Assembly: GCA_963784055.1 (NCBI GenBank)
Contig: CAWAPY010000012.1
Coordinates: forward strand, 174,865 to 238,864
DNA: 64,000 nt
Reading direction: 5' to 3'
From: an uncultured Actinomycetota bacterium
Lineage (GTDB): Bacteria > Actinomycetota > UBA4738 > HRBIN12
Shown here: positions 19,284 through 29,348 of the stretch, one piece after another
Layout of the letters: the number at the start of each line of letters is the position of its first letter
How positions within the stretch are numbered: position 1 is the first letter of the stretch
Position numbers and translations under genes: made by a program
The notes under the pieces: model-generated
What the model saw: only the letters and a program-made list of their open reading frames with translations
Database searches by the model: none
What the model was told of the DNA's origin: nothing

Positions 19284-20300
19284 ATGGATGCGATGAGGGA
19301 AACGGCCCGCGAGCTGGTGGCCCCCGGCAAGGGGATCCTCGCGGCGGACGAGTCCAGCGGAACGATCGAGAAGCGGTTCGACCAGATCGGCGTCGGGTCG
19401 ACGGAAGACACGCGGCGTGCCTACCGGCAGCTCCTCTTCACGACGCCCGGTCTCGAAGAGCACATCTCCGGCGTGATCCTCTACGACGAGACGATCCGTC
19501 AGTCGACGGACCACGGGATCCGATTCACCGAGCTGCTCGAGAAGTCGGGAGTGATCCCGGGGATCAAGGTCGACACCGGTGCGAAGCCCCTCGCCCTGTT
19601 CGAGGGCGAGACCGTGACGGAGGGACTCGACGGGCTCCGGGAGCGTCTCGTTGAGTACCGGGAGCTCGGCGCTCGCTTCGCGAAGTGGCGAGCCACGTAC
19701 TTCATCGGCGACGGCCGACCCAGCGACCTTGCCGTGCTCGCGAACGGTCACGCGATGGCGCGCTACGCCGCGCTCTGCCAGGAAGCCGAGATCGTCCCGA
19801 TCGTCGAACCGGAGACCCTGATGGACGGGGAGCACGACCTCGCGGCGTGCGAGGAGGCCACCGGACGGGCGTTGGATGGCCTCTACGCGCAGCTCCGCGA
19901 GCATCGGGTCGATCTCCCCGGCACCCTCCTGAAGGTGAACATGGTGGTTCCCGGGAAGGGCGCCGCGACGCAGGCGGACGACACCGCGATCGCGGAGGCC
20001 ACGCTCCGGACGCTCCGAGGGCACGTCCCCGACGAGGTTCCCGGGATCGTGTTCCTGTCCGGCGGGATGACCGACGAGCAATCGACGAGCCGGCTCAACG
20101 AGATCAACCGACTCGACGACGCGCCGTGGGAGATCTCCTTCTCGTACGGCCGCGCCCTCCAGCAGCGACCGCTGACGCTGTGGGGCGGTGACGCCGCCAA
20201 CAGCGAGGCTGCGCAGGATGCGCTGGCTCACCGTGCTCGGATGAACGGCTTCGCGCGCGACGGCAGGTGGTCGCAGGACCTGGAGGGGTCGGCAGCCTGA
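19284..20300 (+). CDS. Fructose-bisphosphate aldolase class I
   Basis: GKGILAADES, GIKVDTG, FAKWRA, VPIVEPE, LLKVNMV, FLSGG, FSYGRALQ. Confidence 0.95.
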   Translation: MDAMRETARELVAPGKGILAADESSGTIEKRFDQIGVGSTEDTRRAYRQLLFTTPGLEEHISGVILYDETIRQSTDHGIRFTELLEKSGVIPGIKVDTGAKPLALFEGETVTEGLDGLRERLVEYRELGARFAKWRATYFIGDGRPSDLAVLANGHAMARYAALCQEAEIVPIVEPETLMDGEHDLAACEEATGRALDGLYAQLREHRVDLPGTLLKVNMVVPGKGAATQADDTAIAEATLRTLRGHVPDEVPGIVFLSGGMTDEQSTSRLNEINRLDDAPWEISFSYGRALQQRPLTLWGGDAANSEAAQDALAHRARMNGFARDGRWSQDLEGSAA

Positions 20301-20314
20301 CCGAGACGACTCGA

Positions 20315-20845
20315 GTGAGCGAGGAGCTCGTCGACGTCGTCGATGAACAGGACCGGGTCGTCGCGACCGTGACGCGCTCCCGCGTTCGCGCGGAGCACCT
20401 GCTCCACCGCGTCGCCTCGGTACTCGTCTTCCGCCCAGACGGCCGGTTGCTCGTGCACCGCCGCACCGACACGAAGGATGTGTTCCCCGGTGCGCTCGAT
20501 TGCTTCGTGAGCGGGGTCGTGAGCGCTGGCGAGGCGTACGAGCAGGCCCGCGATCGCGAGCTCCAGGAGGAGATGGCGATCGCGGGAGCTGGGGCGGTCG
20601 AGCTCTTCCACCACCGCTACGAAGGCATCGACGATCGATCGTGGAGCGCGGTCTTCGCGATCACCTGGGACGGTCCCGTAGTGCCGCAGGCCGCCGAGAT
20701 CGCTTGGTACGGATGGGAACCGGTCGTGCGCGTCCTCCGCCGCGCCGAGGAACCGACCTTCGTGCCCGACGGTCGAAAGGTGTTGCATCGATGGCTCGAC
20801 GAGGGGGCCCGACTGCCACCGGGAACGGTAGGGTCCGTCGCGTGA
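20315..20845 (+). CDS. NUDIX hydrolase (IDI/YfcD-like)
   Basis: ELVDVVD..LLHRVASV..HRRT..KD.FPG; Nudix box GVVSAGEAYEQARDRELQEEM. Confidence 0.8.
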   Translation: MSEELVDVVDEQDRVVATVTRSRVRAEHLLHRVASVLVFRPDGRLLVHRRTDTKDVFPGALDCFVSGVVSAGEAYEQARDRELQEEMAIAGAGAVELFHHRYEGIDDRSWSAVFAITWDGPVVPQAAEIAWYGWEPVVRVLRRAEEPTFVPDGRKVLHRWLDEGARLPPGTVGSVA

Positions 20846-21828
20846 AGATCCTGACGGTCGGCGGCACGCGGTTCTTCGGGCGCGCCTTCGTCGAGGAGGC
20901 GGTACGGCGGGGTCACGACGTGACCGTCTTCCATCGGGGGGATCCGAGCCCGCGGACCTGCCGTCCGTCGAACACGTCCACGGTGACCGGAAGGCCGGCG
21001 TGGAGACGCTGCGGGGACGCTCGTGGGACGCGGTCCTTGACACGTGTGCCTTCGTCCCTCGCGAGGTCCGCGAGCTCGCGGAGACGATCGGCGACGGGAT
21101 CGGCCACTACACGCTGGTGTCCTCGCTCTCGGTCCACCCGGACGACCTGCCGGTCGGTGCGACGGAGGACACCCCGATCCACCCGCCGCCGTACCCGGAC
21201 ACGGAGGACGTGACCGAGGAAACCTACGGACCCCTGAAGGTGGCGTGCGAGGTGGAGCGCCGCGGCTCGGTTCCGCGACCGGCTGCTCGTGATCCGTCCT
21301 GGCTACATCGTGGGGCCGCACGACCCCACCGACCGCTTCACCTGGTGGGTGCGGCGGGCAGCCGCCGGCGGGGAGATGCTCGCCGCGGGGCCGTCGGACG
21401 CGCTGGTCCAGGGGATCGACGCGCGAGACCTCGGAGCGTTCGTCCTCGATCGCGTGGAGGCGCGCGACTCCGATACGTACGGCGTGGTCGGGCCGGCCGA
21501 GCCTGCGACCACGGCCGACGTCGTGGAAGGCGCGCGGAGCGCGGCCGGCGCCGACACCTCGTTCGTGTGGGTCGACCCCACGTTCGTGCTCGCGCTCGGG
21601 GAGATCCACGAGACCTGGTTCCCGATGTGGCACCCCCACCTGCCGGGGTTCCACGCCTACGACGCCGCGAAGGCGACGGCGGCGGGACTTCGTCCTCGCC
21701 CGTTCGACCGCACGATCGCGGACACCCTCGCCTGGGATCGTGAGCGAGGCGCGCCGTCGCTCGCCGCGGGCGTGCCTCCGGACAAGGAACGTGAGCTGCT
21801 GGACGCGTGGCGGGCTCGCGCGAGCTGA
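20842..21828 (+). CDS. NAD-dependent epimerase/dehydratase (SDR), frameshifts near 20941 and 21270
   Basis: MKILTVGGTRFFG, WDAVLDT, YGPLKVACE, IRPGYIVGPHDPTDRF spread over three frames. Confidence 0.8.
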
Positions 21829-21835
21829 GCGCCCG

Positions 21836-23774
21836 CTACTGCAGGTCGCGCGCCGTCGTCCGCTCCCATCGCCGCTCGGCGATCAGCTCGTCGCCCTCGT
21901 AGACCTCGAGCTCGATCGCGAGGTGCCACGACTCGGCATCGGAGCGGAGGGTCGCTCGCGACTCGGTCCGGACCGACGCTTCGTCCCAGGCGAGAACCAA
22001 CGACGCGCCGGCGCTCGCCCTGCTGTTCCCCGGGGCATGCGTGCCGGCCGTGATCTCTCCCCAATAGTGGTCCGACCCGTCGGCGAGGCCGCTCCGCCCC
22101 CGGACGCCGCCGTGATCTGATCAGCACGCTCCGTTCCCGGGCCAGCACGTCCTCCCGGATCTCCCACCGGACCTGCTCCGGGAACGTCGGCTCCGGGGCG
22201 CCGGGCTCGAAGACGGGGGCCGGCAGGAGCGGCGGACCATCCATCACCGGCAGGACGAGGGAAGAGGCCGCCCGATCGACCTCGAGGGTGCCGGCGAGGG
22301 GCGGCGGCCACGACGACGGGAAATCGCTGCCCGCGAGATCGAGCCGGATCGTGTGCCCCGGCTCGAACACGTAGGCGGTGGCGTCCAGCTCGATCGTCGC
22401 GGTCACCGGCGCGCCCACAGGCACGGGCTCGGGGCGCTCGTCCGAGTCGCGGTGCGTGAGGTTCACGATCCCGCGCGTCACCATCGACGAACGTCCGTCG
22501 GGCGCGACGTCGCAGAGCTTCGCCGAGACGAAGGCCACGGGGACGGACGAGGCGACCGTCAGCTCCACCCGGGGGCGACCCATCACCTCGGTCTCCTCCG
22601 CGACGGGCCAGTCGTACACGAGTGAGAAGGCCTCGTCCGGGCGCTGGTCCCAGGGGAGCCCGAACGGGAGCGTGGCCGCGCACCAGATCGACGCGGTCAC
22701 CCCCACGTCGCCGCGGATCTCGAGCACGTCCTTCTTGGCGGTCGCGTCACCGACGCGGCGAGCGGAGTCGAGCCGCCGGCGATCCTCCACGAGCCTGGTG
22801 GGCGGCCACGTCGGCTCGGCTCGCCAATCGCCGGCGTAGGTGTCCACGTCCGGGGCGGGGTCGGTCCAACGTCGGACGAAGACCGAGATCGGCGACCCGG
22901 TGTCGACACCTGCGTCTCCGCCGAGCCATCGGTGCCACCAGTCGATCATCACGGGCACATGGTCGATCCGTGGTCCCGGCATCGAGAGGCGGGGGCTCAT
23001 ATGGCTCCACGGCCCGAAGAGGACCTTCTTGGGACCTCGCAGGTGCTCGAACGCGCGGAACGCCATGTTGCGGTAGCCGTCGGCGTGGCCGGCGATCACC
23101 AGCGTGGCCGCCTCGATCGCGTCGTAGTCGAAGAAGACGGAGCCGTGGCGCCAGAAATCGTCCTCGTTCTGATGCTCGAGCCAGGCGAGCTCCCACGGAT
23201 CGTTCGCTTCGATCCGACGGTGCCACTCCTCCCGCCAGCCGTCCCCGTACACCGAGGGGACCGGAGGCAGAGCGATCAGCGCCACCATGTACGCCGGGTA
23301 GTCGAGGAAGTCGATGCCGCGCCGCACCCCACCGCCGTAGTGGACATCGTCGGTGTAACGGCGGTCGGTCGCGTAGATCGGGATGATCGCCTTCAGCGCA
23401 GGCGGTCGGAGGGCGGCGACCTGGAGCGCGTTGAAGCCCGAATACGAGGTGCCGTACATCCCCACGCTGCCGTTCGACCAGTCCTGCTCGGCGAGCCACG
23501 CGATCGTGGCGACATGGTCCTGGAGCTCGCGCGCCGTGTACTCGTCGACCGCGTCGCCCTCGGAGGAGCCCGTGCCGCGGACGTCGGCTCGGCAGACGGC
23601 GAGGTTCCCCTCGTCGCACAAGCGTCGGTAGATCGCCGTCGCGTCCGAGAGGTCATCCTTCCGGTACGGGCGTGCCTCGAAGACCACCGGCCAGGGCGGA
23701 GGCGTGTCCGGGTAGTGCAGGGTGAGCGCGATCCTCACCCCGTCGTCCATCTCGAGGAACCGACGCTCGTCCAT
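21836..23774 (-). CDS. CocE/NonD family alpha/beta hydrolase, frameshift near 22117
   Basis: PYRKDD, DVRGTGSSEG, GMYGTSYSG nucleophile elbow, GPWSH. The C-terminus restored as ...WERTTARDLQ*. Confidence 0.88.
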
Positions 23775-23897
23775 GGCGCCCGCACGGTACCCGGCTCCCG
23801 ACCTCGTGCGCCTCGAACCGGCATGACCGGCGACCAGCGCGTTTGACGCCCCCGGCGATCGCCGGTTTGGATGGGGTCCCCACCCAGGAGGTTGCCC

Positions 23898-25453
23898 ATG
23901 CGAGCACGCTCCTTGCGGCGCGCTGTGGTCATTCCGGCCGCCGCCCTCATCGCGGTTCTCGCGGCGCCGGCCGCGTCGGCCGGCGACCCACCGTTCACCG
24001 ACGTTCCCCTGATGGTCACACTGCTCGATCCGTCGACGTCGGAAGCCCTGCCGCTGATCAGCGTCGGTGACACGCTCGATGACTTCTTCTTCGAGGGGAT
24101 CCCCGACGGCATCGGCGCGATGCCCGGCGAAGGCGACCATGTCGAGGTCTTCGTGAACCACGAGCAGACGCGGATCCCGTTCGGAGGCACGGCGGACTTC
24201 CAGATGGCCTCGGTGTCGCATCTCACCCTGGCGTCGAACGGCGAGCCGCTCGACGGCTCGGTCGCGATCCCGCCGACGGCCGGCTTCCAGCGGTTCTGCT
24301 CGGCCACGATGGCCGGTCCCGCCGAGGGGCTCGACGACTACCTGTTCCTCACGGGTGAGGAGGCGCCCGAGGCGATCGACGTCCCGGCTGGGGCGCCGTT
24401 CGGACCCGACCCGGCGTACGCGCCGGCTAACACGCGTCAGTCCGGCCTCGTGGCGGTGCTCGATCCGGTCACGGGCGAGTACGACGACGTCCCGGGCATG
24501 GGGCGGCACAACCACGAGAACGAGATGGTGCTCCCGGGCGACTGGCCGCAGATCGCGATCTACTCCGGTGACGACACGTTCACGCCGCCGGCACCCGCGT
24601 CGCAGCTCTACCTGTACCTCGCGAACGACGAGCAGGAGATCTGGGACGACGAGGGGACGCTCTGGGCGTTCCGCGTCACCGCGAAGAACGGGGCGAAGGT
24701 CGACGCGGCCGACCCGTTCAACGACGCGAACGACTACAGCGACTTCGGGATCAACGACCACCTCGCGGGTCGATTCATCCGTGTGCCGGAGCGGATCGCC
24801 AAGGGCCTGACGGCCGAGGAGCCGCAGACCGCTCTCGAGCGCTGGTCCAACGAGCACAACGTGTTCCAGTTCATCAGGGTCGAGGACACCGCCTACGACC
24901 CGAACGTCGGGCCGGGTGAGAACCCGGTGATGTACCTGACGGACACGGGCAGCGGCAGCGTCGTCGAGAGCGCGACGACGGGTCAGCTCGTCGCCGGCTC
25001 GGGACCGTTCAACCGAGGACGTGTCGTTCGCTTCGAGTTCGCCGCACGATAATCCGAAGAGGGTTCTCGACCTCTCGATCATCCTGGACGGGAACTTCTC
25101 GCCGAACCCGTTCGATCCGACGACCGAAGGCCCCGCGATGCGGGCGCCCGACAACCTCGGAGCGAGCACCGAGAGCCTCATGGTCCAGGAGGACACGACC
25201 AGCCAGGTGTCGAGGATCCTCCGCTATGACCTCGAGAACGGTGAGTGGTCGGTCGTCGCGCGCGTCAACGACCAGGACTGGGAGTCGAGCGGGATCGTGG
25301 ACGTCTCGGCGTTCTTCGGACCGGGTACCTGGCTCCTGGACGTCCAGGCGCACGACGTACGCGTGGGTCCCGAGGACACCACGACGACGCCCGGCGTGAC
25401 GTACAAGCGTGAGGGTGGACAGCTGATCCTGCTCACGCGTCGAGGGCAGTTAG
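23898..25453 (+). CDS. Secreted PhoX-like (DUF839) phosphatase, frameshifts near 25045 and 25440
   Basis: Signal peptide with RR; motifs VNHE, RFCSA, MGRHNHEN, PDNL, VQED, ESSGI, DVQAH, EGGQL. Confidence 0.75.
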
Positions 25454-25461
25454 CTCGGGGA

Positions 25462-25495
25462 GTGGGGGCTCGCCGCCTTCGGCGGCGAGCCCCAC
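25462..25495. terminator. GC-rich hairpin between convergent genes
   Basis: GTGGGGGCTCGCCGCC-TTC-GGCGGCGAGCCCCAC immediately after the PhoX-like stop. Confidence 0.7.
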
Positions 25496-25529
25496 CTGCC
25501 CGCCGGATAGTCGTCGCGACGAAGGCTGG

Positions 25530-26618
25530 TCACCGCCGGTGCCGCTTCCCACGAGCCCCGAGATCCTCGGCCAGGTCGTAGGTGACCGGCTCCTCGAGCT
25601 GCTCGTAGGTGCACGAGCGTGGGTCGCGATCGGGGCGCCAGCGCACGAACTGGGCTGTGTGCCGAAGCCGCGGACCCTCCATGTGGTCGTAGCGGACCTC
25701 GATCACGCGCTCGGGGCGAAGCGGGACGAACGTCAGGTCCTTCCCGGCGCTCCAGCGGCTGAACTCGGAATGTCGCGGCGTGCGGGTGCCGAGCTCTTCC
25801 CTCGCCCAGTTCCACGGATGCTCCTCGAACGTGGTGACGAGCGGCTGGAGCTCCTCGAATAGCCGCCGACGCTGCGTCATCGGGAGGGCGCCGACCACGC
25901 CGATGTTCGCGAGGTGGCCGTTCGCGTCGTACAGACCGAGCAGCAGCGACCCGATCGCACGCTGATCCGTCTTGTGCACCCGGTAGCCGGCGACGACGCA
26001 GTCGGCGGTGCGCACGTGCTTGACCTTGAACATCACCCGCTTGTCCGCCTGGTAGGGCAGGTCGAGCGGTTTGGCGACGACGCCGTCAAGCCCCGCGCCC
26101 TCGAACTCGTCGAACCATCGCAGTGCGATCCGCCGGTCGGTCGTTGCCGGCGTGAGGTGCACGGGCGAGCGAGCGTCGGCCAAGGCATCCTCGAGCGCCC
26201 TTCGCCGGTCGGCGAAGGGGTCTGCCAACATCGAGCGGTCGCCGAGCGCGAGCAGATCGAACGCCACGAGGTGCGCCGGCGTCTGTTTCGCGAGGAGCCG
26301 GACGCGGCTGTCGGCCGGGTGGATGCGCTGCTGGAGTGTCTCGAACTCGAGCCGCTTGCCGGAGGAGTCGGGCACGACGAGCTCGCCGTCCACGACGCAG
26401 CGTTCGGGCAGGTTGGCCCTGATCGCGTCGACGACCTCGGGGAAGTAGCGGGTCATCGGCCGCGCGTTCCGGCTGCCGATCTCGACCTCGTCGCCATCCC
26501 GGAACACGATCGAGCGAAATCCGTCCCACTTGGGCTCGTAGGCGAGGTGATCCATCGGAACCTCAGCGACGGACTTGGCGAGCATCGGTAGAACGGGCGG
26601 CATGACGGGCAGGTGCAT
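25530..26618 (-). CDS. ligC: ATP-dependent DNA ligase LigC
   Basis: PMLAK, YEPKWDGFR (adenylated Lys), DGELV, AFDLL, GLDGVVAK, KVKHVRTADCVV, WRPDR. Confidence 0.92.
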   Translation of the reverse strand: MHLPVMPPVLPMLAKSVAEVPMDHLAYEPKWDGFRSIVFRDGDEVEIGSRNARPMTRYFPEVVDAIRANLPERCVVDGELVVPDSSGKRLEFETLQQRIHPADSRVRLLAKQTPAHLVAFDLLALGDRSMLADPFADRRRALEDALADARSPVHLTPATTDRRIALRWFDEFEGAGLDGVVAKPLDLPYQADKRVMFKVKHVRTADCVVAGYRVHKTDQRAIGSLLLGLYDANGHLANIGVVGALPMTQRRRLFEELQPLVTTFEEHPWNWAREELGTRTPRHSEFSRWSAGKDLTFVPLRPERVIEVRYDHMEGPRLRHTAQFVRWRPDRDPRSCTYEQLEEPVTYDLAEDLGARGKRHRR

Positions 26619-26729
26619 GCGGGAGACGATATCGCCGTCGCCCGGCCGTCACTCTGCGGGATCAAGGGTCGGATCCGGCGCGCCGTTCCAGCACCGGCAC
26701 CGACGCGATCTGGGGGCTTGCACGTGGGC

Positions 26730-28118
26730 TCAGCTCGGCGAGTCTCCACCGTCCTGGGACTGGGACGAGGGCTGACCCGGCCACTCGACGCCCTCCCATG
26801 GGTCGTAGTCGACCTCCAGGGCCTCCTGGGGAGGCCGTTCGGCCTCGGGGACGTTCCGGAGGTTGAGTCGGATCCGGGTCCACGTGGTGCTCCGACCGCG
26901 CATGGAGTCGACCAGGACGTCGTTCGCCGCCAGGAGCGCCGCGGCATCCGGATGCCGCTCCTTCCATCGCTCGAGCCCTTCCTTCGCTTCCACTTCGGTC
27001 GCCGCCCGGGCGACCTCGATCAGCGGCATCCTCGTGCGGCGACGCCCGGTCGGGCCGCTCTGCTTGCCCGGCGCCGGGGGAGGCACGGTCGCTTCGTCGG
27101 CCTCGCCCTTCTGGCGACGCCTGGAGGGCTGGGCGCGGACGGGCTCCCCTTCGGCCTTCGGGAAGTGCGGCGGGTACGGTGCCTCGCCCTGTCCCTCGGC
27201 GGCCTGCCGATCAGAGAGCTCGAGGAGCGCCTCGAGGCTCGCGGCCCGGTCGTCGATCCCCGCCCCCGGATCGCCGACACGCTCCAGCCGAGCCGGAACC
27301 GTGCGGATCGTGAAGGCCTCGGGCTCCACGCCGGGCACCTCGTCCCATCCGAGGGGCGTCGAGACACGTGCGTCCGCGACCGGGCGGACGCTGTAGGCGG
27401 ACGCCACCGTCCGGTCGCGCGCGTTCTGGTTGTAGTCGATGAACACGCCGTGGCGCTCCTCCTTCCACCACTTCGTGGTCGCGAGGTCGGGGACGCGGCG
27501 CTCGACCTCCCGGGCCATGGCCAGCGCAGCGCGCCGGACCTCCGTGAAGGACCAGTCGGGCCGGATGCGCGCGTTGACGTGGATCCCCTTCTTGCCGCTC
27601 GTCTTCGGGAAACCGACCAGTCCGTGCTCCTCGAGGACCTCCTTCGTGACGAGGGCCACCTCGCGCACGTGGTCGAACGGGATCTCGGGCCCCGGGTCGA
27701 GGTCGACGCGGAGCTCGTCCGGATGGTCGACGTCGTCTGCACGCACCGGCCACGGGTTGATCTCGAGACATCCGAGGGTCGCGGCCCACGCGAGGTGCGC
27801 CGCGTCCGCCATCACCGGCATGTCGGCGGTCCGTCCGCTCGGGAACCGGATCAGCGCCGTCTCCACCCACGAGGGCGCTCCCTTCGGCAGACGCTTCTGA
27901 TAGAAGCCCTCGTCGCCGGCTCCATCCGGGAAGCGGTGCAGGGTCGTCGGCCGGTCGCGGCACCCGACGAGAGCGGCGTCCGCGACCTCGATCCAGTACC
28001 GGACGAGGTCGAGCTTGGTCACCGGTCCGTCCGGCGCGTCGGGGAAGTACACCTTCTGCGGGTTCGTGACCCGGATCTCTCGTCCTGCGACGTCGAGGGT
28101 CTCGGCTGGCGTCGGCAC
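26730..28118 (-). CDS. LigD-type primase-polymerase domain protein (Prim-PolC-like) with C-terminal extension
   Basis: TNPQKVYFP, RFPDG..FYQK, PDELRVDLDP, KTSGKKGIH, VFIDYNQNARDRTVASAYSVR; adjacent to ligC. Confidence 0.9.
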   Translation of the reverse strand: MPTPAETLDVAGREIRVTNPQKVYFPDAPDGPVTKLDLVRYWIEVADAALVGCRDRPTTLHRFPDGAGDEGFYQKRLPKGAPSWVETALIRFPSGRTADMPVMADAAHLAWAATLGCLEINPWPVRADDVDHPDELRVDLDPGPEIPFDHVREVALVTKEVLEEHGLVGFPKTSGKKGIHVNARIRPDWSFTEVRRAALAMAREVERRVPDLATTKWWKEERHGVFIDYNQNARDRTVASAYSVRPVADARVSTPLGWDEVPGVEPEAFTIRTVPARLERVGDPGAGIDDRAASLEALLELSDRQAAEGQGEAPYPPHFPKAEGEPVRAQPSRRRQKGEADEATVPPPAPGKQSGPTGRRRTRMPLIEVARAATEVEAKEGLERWKERHPDAAALLAANDVLVDSMRGRSTTWTRIRLNLRNVPEAERPPQEALEVDYDPWEGVEWPGQPSSQSQDGGDSPS

Positions 28119-28171
28119 CCGACCACCGTACCCGTGGCCTCGAGCTCGCGCCCCTCGGTACGCTCGCTGTC

Positions 28172-28700
28172 GTGGAGGAGGGCGCCTTCGAGACGGAACG
28201 TCTGCGGCTCCGGCCGTTCGCGGCGGACCTGTCGGATCTGGACGCTCTGCACGAGATCCAGTCCGACGCCCACCACATGCGCTTCTACCCGCATCCGTTC
28301 AGCCGGGAGGAGTCGCGCGCCTGGATCGAGCGGTCCCTCGACCGGCAGGAGCGGCACGGCTACAGCCTATGGGTGATCGAGGATCGGCGATCGGGGGAGT
28401 TCCTCGGCAACTGCGGGCCGATCCCGCAGGTGATCGACGGCGTCGGCGAGGTCGAGATCGGCTGGTCGGTCACGCCACGCCGCGCGCGTCAGGGGATCGC
28501 GACCGAAGCGGCCGCGGCGTGGCGTGACCGCTGCCTCGGGCCGCTCGGGATGGGTCACGTGATCTCGCTGATCCGTCCCGAGAACGTGCCGTCACGCGGC
28601 GTGGCCGAGCGGATCGGCATGACCGTGTGGAAGGAGACGCTGCACGGCGCGGAGCGCTGGCTCCACCTCGTCTATCGGGTGGACGCCGCGCCCGGGCTAG
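28172..28700 (+). CDS. RimJ/RimL-type GNAT acetyltransferase
   Basis: [41 protein letters not shown]. The stop is probably TAG 28698-28700 (1-bp error); the ORF track reads through antisense to ppiA. Confidence 0.8.
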
Positions 28701-29206
28701 TCGGCCACGTCGATCCGATCGATCACGACGTCGTCCACCGGCCGGTCCTGCGAACCGGTCGGAGCGCCGACGATCGCCTCGATCACCTCGTAGCCCTCGG
28801 TCACCTCGCCGAAGATCGTGTGCTTCCCGTCCAGCCAGGGCGTCGCGGCCACCGTCACGAAGAACTGGGAGCCGTTGGTGCCCGGTCCCGCATTCGCCAT
28901 CGCCAGGAGCCCGGGCCTGTCGAACGACGGTCCGTCGGAGGGCACCTCGTCCTCGAACTGGTAGCCGGGTCCCCCCATCCCCGTTCCGGTCGGGTCTCCG
29001 CCCTGCACCATGAACCCGGGGATCACGCGATGGAAGATCGTGCCCGGGTAGAGCGCGGTGGACTTCCTCTCGCCATCGCGTGGGTCATCCCACTCCTTCG
29101 AACCGCTCGCGAGACCGACGAAGTTCTCGACGGTCTTCGGTGCGTGATCGGGCATCAAGCGGACGGTGAACGAGCCCTTGCTCGTGTGGATCGTGGCTGT
29201 GGGCAC
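28697..29206 (-). CDS. ppiA: Cytoplasmic cyclophilin peptidyl-prolyl isomerase
   Basis: [50 protein letters not shown]. Confidence 0.93.
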   Translation of the reverse strand: MPTATIHTSKGSFTVRLMPDHAPKTVENFVGLASGSKEWDDPRDGERKSTALYPGTIFHRVIPGFMVQGGDPTGTGMGGPGYQFEDEVPSDGPSFDRPGLLAMANAGPGTNGSQFFVTVAATPWLDGKHTIFGEVTEGYEVIEAIVGAPTGSQDRPVDDVVIDRIDVAD

Positions 29207-29348
29207 TGATCGTCCTTCCTGGTCGCGAAGGTCGCGAGTCTAGTCATCGCTCCGCCGGACGTTGCTCCCCATGGCTCCGGATCTCGGCGTTCGTGCGGAT
29301 CCGCAGGGGAAGCTGGCGACGTCGATTCCGGGCCGCTAGCCTTCGCCG

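Noticed and set aside
21657-25196. 1179-aa ORF and other very long ORFs (516..2828, 7560..9872, 15065..18280, 54305..56860)
   Set aside because: These are antisense or off-frame shadows typical of high-GC DNA, in some cases running into a real gene (CocE, DinB). The extra parts carry no protein motifs.
26662-26689. TCAAG-N15-GCCGTTCC sigma28-like match
   Set aside because: The -10 is poor and it points antisense into the polymerase gene with no plus-strand gene downstream.
28701-29209. GNAT C-terminal extension overlapping ppiA
   Set aside because: Read-through from a probable 1-bp error at CCCGGGCTAG; the extension is simply the antisense of ppiA.
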